Source: Candidatus Fervidifonticultor secundus
GTDB taxonomy: Bacteria; Sysuimicrobiota; Sysuimicrobiia; Sysuimicrobiales; Humicultoraceae
DNA: 45,579 nt
Reading direction: 5' to 3'
Assembly: GCA_031459385.1 (NCBI GenBank)
Contig: JAVKIP010000018.1
Coordinates: 1-45,579, forward strand
The first letter of the stretch is position 1. Every line of letters starts with the position of its first letter. Below, in pieces: positions 40,348 to 45,579 of the stretch. Under the pieces are notes generated by a model. That model was not told the origin of the DNA. It made no database searches and saw nothing but the letters and a program-made list of their open reading frames with translations. Position numbers and translations under genes: made by a program.

Positions 40348-41151
40348 ATGCCCAGGCGGCCTGACAACCCAATGGAAGCCGCGCTCGACCGGTTGGCTGC
40401 GGCCCAGGCCCGGACTACGGAGCACCTGAGCGAACTCGCGGCGCGGGTGGATCAGCTGGCAGCCCGGGTGGACGCGCTGGCCGAGGCGCAGCGACGGACG
40501 GAAGAGCGGCTGGAAGCGCTCGCGGCGCGGGTGGATCAGCTGGCAGCCCGGGTGGACGCGCTGGCCGAGGCGCAGCGACGGACGGAAGAGCGGCTGGAAG
40601 CGCTGGCAGCCCGGGTGGACCAGTTGGCGGACGCTCAGCTCCGAACCGAGCGCCGACTCGATGACCTGGCCAGCCAGGTGGCCCGCCTCACCGGCGTCCT
40701 GGGCGACGTCAAGGGCGAGCTCCTCGAGATGCGCTACCGGGAGAAGGCCGCAGCGTACTTCCAGAGGCTACTGTTGGGCGTGCGGTCGGTTCCACGCGAT
40801 GACCTGGAAGAGGTGGCGGCCCAGGCGGAGCGGCGGGGAGAGCTGTCGCGGTCGGACCACGAGGACCTGCTCCAGGTGGATGTCGTCGTGCGCGGGCACC
40901 TGCGCCACCTGCAAGCAGATGGGTATGCTGTCGTCGAGGTTTCCTCGCAGATCGACGCGACCGACGTGGAGCGGGCGGCGCGCCGGGCGCAGATTCTGCA
41001 CCGCCTGGTGCAGGCACCCGTGGTGGCGGCCGTAGCAGGAGCGACTATCGGGCGCGAGGCCGCGCAGCACGCGGTGCGCCTGGGGGTCTGGCAGGTCGTC
41101 GACGGCCGCGTCGTGGCGCCCGATGCCGCTACGGAGCAGCACATCGGGTAA
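40348..41151 (+). CDS. Coiled-coil heptad-repeat protein with a possible PD-(D/E)XK-like C-terminal domain
   Basis: GGGGAG RBS, TGnTACGAT upstream, LAEAQRRTEERL repeats, C-terminal KG..LE.RY...DVVV.G...VVEVS..ID..DVERA. Confidence 0.8.
   Translation: MPRRPDNPMEAALDRLAAAQARTTEHLSELAARVDQLAARVDALAEAQRRTEERLEALAARVDQLAARVDALAEAQRRTEERLEALAARVDQLADAQLRTERRLDDLASQVARLTGVLGDVKGELLEMRYREKAAAYFQRLLLGVRSVPRDDLEEVAAQAERRGELSRSDHEDLLQVDVVVRGHLRHLQADGYAVVEVSSQIDATDVERAARRAQILHRLVQAPVVAAVAGATIGREAAQHAVRLGVWQVVDGRVVAPDAATEQHIG
40435..40620 (+). repeat. Intragenic 84-bp tandem repeat (two exact copies plus a partial copy)
   Basis: 40435-40518 equals 40519-40602, then partial CTGGCAGCCCGGGTGGAC. The unit is 28 aa, or four heptads. 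Confidence 0.93.
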
Positions 41152-41218
41152 CTGAACGGTGTCGCACCAGGCGCTGTCCAAACCGGCGCCCCGGTGGGCA
41201 GATACCAGAAGGGAGATC

Positions 41219-42199
41219 ATGACCGACGCCCGCATCCGCGCCGACCTGCATCGTCTGCGCGCCAGCATTGCCCGCGTGATCCTCGGCAAGGACGAGGTCA
41301 TCGACCTGGTCCTGGTGGGTCTGCTGGCCCGCGGGCATGTGCTGCTGCGCGACGTCCCCGGCGTGGGCAAGACGATGCTGGCCCGCGCCCTGGCCCGGTC
41401 CATCGGCGGCGACTTCACGCGGATCCAGTGCACACCCGACCTGCTGCCGTCCGATATCCTCGGGACCGCCGTGATCGACCCGCGGACCTACGAGACCCGG
41501 TTCGTGCCGGGGCCGATCTTTGCCCATGTCGTGCTCGTGGACGAACTGAACCGGACCAGCCCGCGCACCCAGGCAGCGTTTCTGGAGCCCATGGACGAAG
41601 GGCAGGTGACGGTCGACGGGCAGGCGCGCCGCCTCCCGCAGCCGTTCTTCCTGATCGCCACGCTCAATCCGGCCGAGCACCACGGGACCTATCCGCTACC
41701 GGAAGGGCAGCTCGACCGCTTCACGCTGGCTGCGTCGCTGGGCTACCCGCCGCGCGATGCCGAGCGGGCCATGCTCGCGGGGCATGCGGGCCGCCACCCG
41801 ATCGAGGACGTGGCACCGGTGCTGACGCCGGCCGATGTCATCAGACTGCGTGAGGCGGCAGTAGACGTGCATGTGAGCCCCGCGGTCCATGAGTACATCC
41901 TGCACCTGGCCACGGCGACGCGCGGGCACCCGGCCGTGGCCCTGGGCGCCAGCCCCCGCGGGGGCCTGGCGCTGCTGCGGGCGGCCCAGGCACGGGTGCT
42001 GCTGCGGGGCGGCGCCTATGTGACGCCGGACGACGTGAAGGCCCTGGCGGTGCCGGTGCTGGCGCACCGGCTGCTGCTGCGCCCGCAGGTCGCGCCGGGT
42101 GCCGTCAACGGCGAGGGTCTGACTGCCGACGCGGTAGTCGCCCAGATCCTGCGCGATGTTCCCGTGCCGGTGTTCGAGGTGCCCCGTGCCGACCCGTGA
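41219..42199 (+). CDS. MoxR family AAA+ ATPase
   Basis: DVPGVGKT, RIQCTPDLLPSD, DELNR, GTYPLPEGQLDRF and GASPRG motifs. Confidence 0.95.
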   Translation: MTDARIRADLHRLRASIARVILGKDEVIDLVLVGLLARGHVLLRDVPGVGKTMLARALARSIGGDFTRIQCTPDLLPSDILGTAVIDPRTYETRFVPGPIFAHVVLVDELNRTSPRTQAAFLEPMDEGQVTVDGQARRLPQPFFLIATLNPAEHHGTYPLPEGQLDRFTLAASLGYPPRDAERAMLAGHAGRHPIEDVAPVLTPADVIRLREAAVDVHVSPAVHEYILHLATATRGHPAVALGASPRGGLALLRAAQARVLLRGGAYVTPDDVKALAVPVLAHRLLLRPQVAPGAVNGEGLTADAVVAQILRDVPVPVFEVPRADP

Positions 42200-43334
42200 G
42201 GGGACCGTCCTGCTCACTGTCGCCGCGGCCATCTTCCTGCTGGCGACCAACGTCATGTCCGGCCTCCTGTTCGTCCTCGATGCGGTCGTGCTGGCAACCG
42301 TGGTCGCCGGAACGGCCAGCGCGCTCACCGCGACGCGGCGGGTGCGGGCCCGCCGACAGGTGGGGGCCCGCGGGGTGGAGGGGACGCCCCTGCCGATCAC
42401 CCTCACGCTCGAGGTCCGACGTCCGGCGCGGCTGCTGGCGGTCGAGGACGGATGGCCGGGTGCGCGGGCTGCAGCGTTCGTCCCCGGGGTGCGCCCGGAC
42501 AGGCCCGAGGTCGTGACCCTCGCGCCGGTCCCGGCCCGGCGCGGCCGGCACCGGCTGGGGCCGCTGGAGATCTGCTCCAGGGGCTCGCTGGGGGTGTTTG
42601 CGGCGAGGCGCCAGCTCGGCGAGACGACAGAGGTGCTCGTGTGGCCCGCGCTGCGGCCGGTTGCGCCAGCGGCGGTCGAGCGGCTTGCGCCGGTGCTGGA
42701 GACGGCGGCGACGGCGCGCCGGACCCGTCATGCCGAGGATCTCTACGGTGTGCGCGACTACCGGGCCGGTGACAACCTCGCCCACGTGCACTGGCGGTCC
42801 TCGGCACGGCGCGGCGCGCTGGTAGTGCGCGAGTTTGAGCGCCCGGAGGCGCCCGGGGTGGCCGTCGTGCTCGACCTCGACCGCCGTCTGCCGCCGGAGG
42901 CACTGGACCCGGCCGTGCGGGCAGCGGCGTCCCTCTACCGGCTGGCCCTCGACCGTGGCCTGGACGCAGTGCTCATGGCATGGGCTGAGGGCCCGGTGGT
43001 GCTGCGGCCGTGGGAGGACGCCATGGACTGGCTGGCATCTGTGCGCCCGTCCGGGCCGCCGCTTCCAGAGGCGCTCGCGCGGCTGCGGGTGGTGACCGAC
43101 CGGCACCTGCTGGTGGTGGCGCTCACCGACGGCACGGCGGGGTGGCCGGATGGGAGCACGCCGGTCCTGCCGGCCGGGCCCGGACGCGGGACCGCACACC
43201 ACGGTCGCGGGGCCGCGGGGGCGATGCCGGCGCGCAACAACTGGGACATGGTGCAGCCCGGCGTGACGCCTCCCGGGACGGTGCCTGCGGCAGGGGCGCT
43301 CGTCTACGCGACCGACGGGACGGTGCTCGGGTGA
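42186..43334 (+). CDS. DUF58 domain membrane protein
   Basis: N-terminal TMs, RRG, VRDYRAGD...VHWRSSARRG.LVVREFE. Confidence 0.9.
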   Translation: MPTREGTVLLTVAAAIFLLATNVMSGLLFVLDAVVLATVVAGTASALTATRRVRARRQVGARGVEGTPLPITLTLEVRRPARLLAVEDGWPGARAAAFVPGVRPDRPEVVTLAPVPARRGRHRLGPLEICSRGSLGVFAARRQLGETTEVLVWPALRPVAPAAVERLAPVLETAATARRTRHAEDLYGVRDYRAGDNLAHVHWRSSARRGALVVREFERPEAPGVAVVLDLDRRLPPEALDPAVRAAASLYRLALDRGLDAVLMAWAEGPVVLRPWEDAMDWLASVRPSGPPLPEALARLRVVTDRHLLVVALTDGTAGWPDGSTPVLPAGPGRGTAHHGRGAAGAMPARNNWDMVQPGVTPPGTVPAAGALVYATDGTVLG

Positions 43335-45496
43335 GGCGCTGGCGGCTGCCGGCGGCGAGCGCGCCGCCGGAGGCCGGGGTGCCGCTGCGCCTGTGGACGC
43401 TGGCCGCGGTCTTGGTGAGCGTCCTGGCCGTGACCGCCCAGGAGGAGTTCGCCGACCTGCGGGTGCTGGTGCCGGCGCTCATCGCGACGGGCTACCTGTT
43501 CTCCTACTGGCGGCGGGGCCGGCGCAACTGGTGGGTGAAGATCGTCCTGGCGCTGCTGTGCCTGGAGGTCGCACGGGAGTTCGTGCGGGACGTGCTGGTG
43601 GATCCGCTGCAGACGACCGTCCCGCTCACGGTCTTCCTGCTCTGGCTGCAGGTGCTGCATTCGTTCGACGTCCCCGCGCGCCGCGACCTGCTCTTCAGCC
43701 TGCTCTCGTCGGTCATCCTCATGGCCGTCGTGGCGGTGTTCGCGCTGGACGAGCGCTACCTGGCGTACCTCGCGGCGTACCTGCTGGCCGCGGTGCCGGC
43801 GCTGGGGCAGAACGCCTGGGACGCGACGCGGGCGAGCGTGGCGCAGGCCACGAGTGCGGGTCCGACCGGCACAGTGCAGCCGGCGGTCCGGTCGAACCGC
43901 GAAGTGTGGCCGGCGGCGACCGGGACGCTGGGCGCCGTGTTCGTGGTGGCCGGGGTAATCTTCGCTCTTTTGCCTCGGTTCGAAGGAATGCACCTGACCG
44001 CGCTGCCCTTCTCGCCGCGCATGGAGTGGCTGACCTCGTACGGCGGGCGGATCATGAACCCGGCCTACCCCAACACGCGCGACGACGGCGACGAGGTTCC
44101 GCGCTGGAACCCGCGCGGCTACTTCGGGTTCAGCCCGTCGGTGGACCTGCGCGCGCGCGGTCGTCTGGACGACCGGATCGTGATGCGCGTGCGGACCACG
44201 CGCGCCTTCAACTGGCGCGGGCTCATCTTCGACAGGTACACGGGATGGGGGTGGCGCGCGAGCGAGCCCGAGGTCATCGAGGTCCGCACGGGCTTCCCGC
44301 CCGCCCGCCTCGTCTACCGCGGCGACGAGTTGCTGAGCTATGGCGCGCGCCCGGTGGAGGTGGTCCAGACATTCTTTCTGGAGGCGGAGCAGCCGAACGT
44401 CGTCTTCGCGGCGGCGCTGGCCGAGCGGCTGTGGACCTCGGCGGGGCACGTGTACCTCGACCGGTATGGCGCGATCCGGCTGCCTGGCCCGTTGCAGCCG
44501 GGCTCGGTGTACTCCGTGGTCTCGCGCGCGATGGTGCCCGATCCGGCGCGGCTACGGGCGGCCGAAGGTGTCACACCGGCGTTCATCACGCGCCGCTACC
44601 TGCAGCTGCCGGCGCTCCCCGCACGCGTCTTCGCCCTCGCGCGTCGGCTCACCGACGGCCAGCCGACACAGTACGACCGCGTGATGGCGGTCAACCGGTA
44701 CCTGTGGCAGCACTACGCCTACGACCTGACAATCCCCCCGCAGCGGCGCCCCGGCGATGCCGTGGACTACTTCCTGTTCGAGGAGCGGCGGGGCTACTGC
44801 GAACAGTTCGCCAGCGCCATGGTGGTGCTGCTGCGCGCCGCGGGCATCCCGGCGCGCCTGGTCACGGGCTACACACCCGGCACGCTCAACCCGGTCACAG
44901 GGCTGCTCGAGGTGCGCAACAGCGACGCCCACGCCTGGGTAGAGGTCTACTTCCCCAGGATCGGCTGGGTCGAGTTCGAGCCGACGCCGGGTTTCCCCGA
45001 CACCGCCGCCCTGGGCGACGCGGCCGTGCCGCGGTGGATCTGGCAGGGGCTGGGCACCCGGCTGGCTGCCGGGCTGGATGCGCTCGGGGCGCGGTGGTCG
45101 TGGCTCGGCGCTCTGCGGGCGTCTGCGGCCGCAGTGGGGCCGGGGCTGCTGTGGGTGCTGGTGGCGGTGGTCGGTGCGCTCGGTGGGGCCCTCGCCTGGC
45201 GGACCACGATGCGCGCCACCCCCGCGCGTCCGCGGGACGGGCTGGTGCAACTGTACGACGACCTGTGCACGCTGCTCGCCCGACGGCGGCTCGCGCGCGG
45301 CCGTAGCGAGACCCTGGCGGAGTACCGCGCGCGGGTGGCGGCTGCGGTCGGCGCTCCGGAGGCGACGCGGCTGCTGGCCATGGTGGAGATGGCGGCCTAC
45401 GGCGGCGCGTCCGTCGACGACGCTGCCCTGGCGGCGGCGCGCCGGGATCTGGAGCGGCTGCGGCGGTGGCTGCGGCGGAGGAGGCGATGGGTGTAG
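43331..45496 (+). CDS. DUF3488/TgpA transglutaminase-like membrane protein with C-terminal DUF4129-like tail
   Basis: TM domain, catalytic GYCEQFAS, HAWVEVY, WVEFEPTP, and C-terminal SETLAEY. Confidence 0.92.
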   Translation: MRRWRLPAASAPPEAGVPLRLWTLAAVLVSVLAVTAQEEFADLRVLVPALIATGYLFSYWRRGRRNWWVKIVLALLCLEVAREFVRDVLVDPLQTTVPLTVFLLWLQVLHSFDVPARRDLLFSLLSSVILMAVVAVFALDERYLAYLAAYLLAAVPALGQNAWDATRASVAQATSAGPTGTVQPAVRSNREVWPAATGTLGAVFVVAGVIFALLPRFEGMHLTALPFSPRMEWLTSYGGRIMNPAYPNTRDDGDEVPRWNPRGYFGFSPSVDLRARGRLDDRIVMRVRTTRAFNWRGLIFDRYTGWGWRASEPEVIEVRTGFPPARLVYRGDELLSYGARPVEVVQTFFLEAEQPNVVFAAALAERLWTSAGHVYLDRYGAIRLPGPLQPGSVYSVVSRAMVPDPARLRAAEGVTPAFITRRYLQLPALPARVFALARRLTDGQPTQYDRVMAVNRYLWQHYAYDLTIPPQRRPGDAVDYFLFEERRGYCEQFASAMVVLLRAAGIPARLVTGYTPGTLNPVTGLLEVRNSDAHAWVEVYFPRIGWVEFEPTPGFPDTAALGDAAVPRWIWQGLGTRLAAGLDALGARWSWLGALRASAAAVGPGLLWVLVAVVGALGGALAWRTTMRATPARPRDGLVQLYDDLCTLLARRRLARGRSETLAEYRARVAAAVGAPEATRLLAMVEMAAYGGASVDDAALAAARRDLERLRRWLRRRRRWV

Positions 45497-45579
45497 CGCC
45501 GCGTCTGGTCCCCAAGCGCCGGGACCTGCTCGTGTGGGTGCTGGTGGCGGCGGCCGCGGTCGCGGCCGCCGCCCGGGTC
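45487..45579 (+). CDS. 5' end of a probable exported or membrane protein (runs off the window)
   Basis: GGAGGAGG RBS, ATG at 45487, MGVAPRLVPKRRDLLVWVLVAAAAVAAAARV, open to the window end. Confidence 0.55.
   Translation, partial: MGVAPRLVPKRRDLLVWVLVAAAAVAAAARV

Noticed and set aside
40435..40620. Repeat as a CRISPR array
   Set aside because: It has no unique spacers, is an in-frame coding repeat, and no cas genes are nearby.
41219..45496. MoxR-DUF58-transglutaminase operon as a novel system
   Set aside because: This is a widespread, known gene trio, with no locus promoter motif seen and nothing unusual.

Overview
A very GC-rich bacterial chromosomal window with no rRNA, tRNA, CRISPR array or transposase that I can see. 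Gene content and style suggest an Armatimonadota-like organism, which is inference only. The left part (1-9.2 kb) is housekeeping: thiolase, rpsU-yqeY, NUDIX, class III aminotransferase, alaS-ruvX-DUF1292-mltG-yqeG. The centre (9.3-40.3 kb) is a large type IV pilus and c-di-GMP locus. It holds a membrane HD-GYP phosphodiesterase, a degenerate GGDEF protein, two roadblock/MglB-like proteins, a TPR-lytic transglycosylase, two PATAN/DUF4388-like proteins, a SigB/F/G-family sigma factor, two MshEN-bearing PilB ATPases (one TPR-fused), three PilT/PilU ATPases, PilC, a pilin and an AT-richer glycosylation cassette. A divergent DnaB-like helicase, a MerR-HTH protein and a small DUF protein are translationally coupled to the head of the pil operon. 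The right end has a coiled-coil repeat protein and a MoxR-DUF58-transglutaminase operon. The main unannotated signals are two c-di-GMP-I (GEMM-I) riboswitches, one of them in front of the sigma factor, and a bipartite motif G[T/A]CT-N16-GGG[C/T]A found in the correct orientation upstream of seven transcription units of the locus (one copy has N17). Together these suggest a riboswitch-gated, self-reinforcing sigma regulon controlling pili plus a DnaB paralog.
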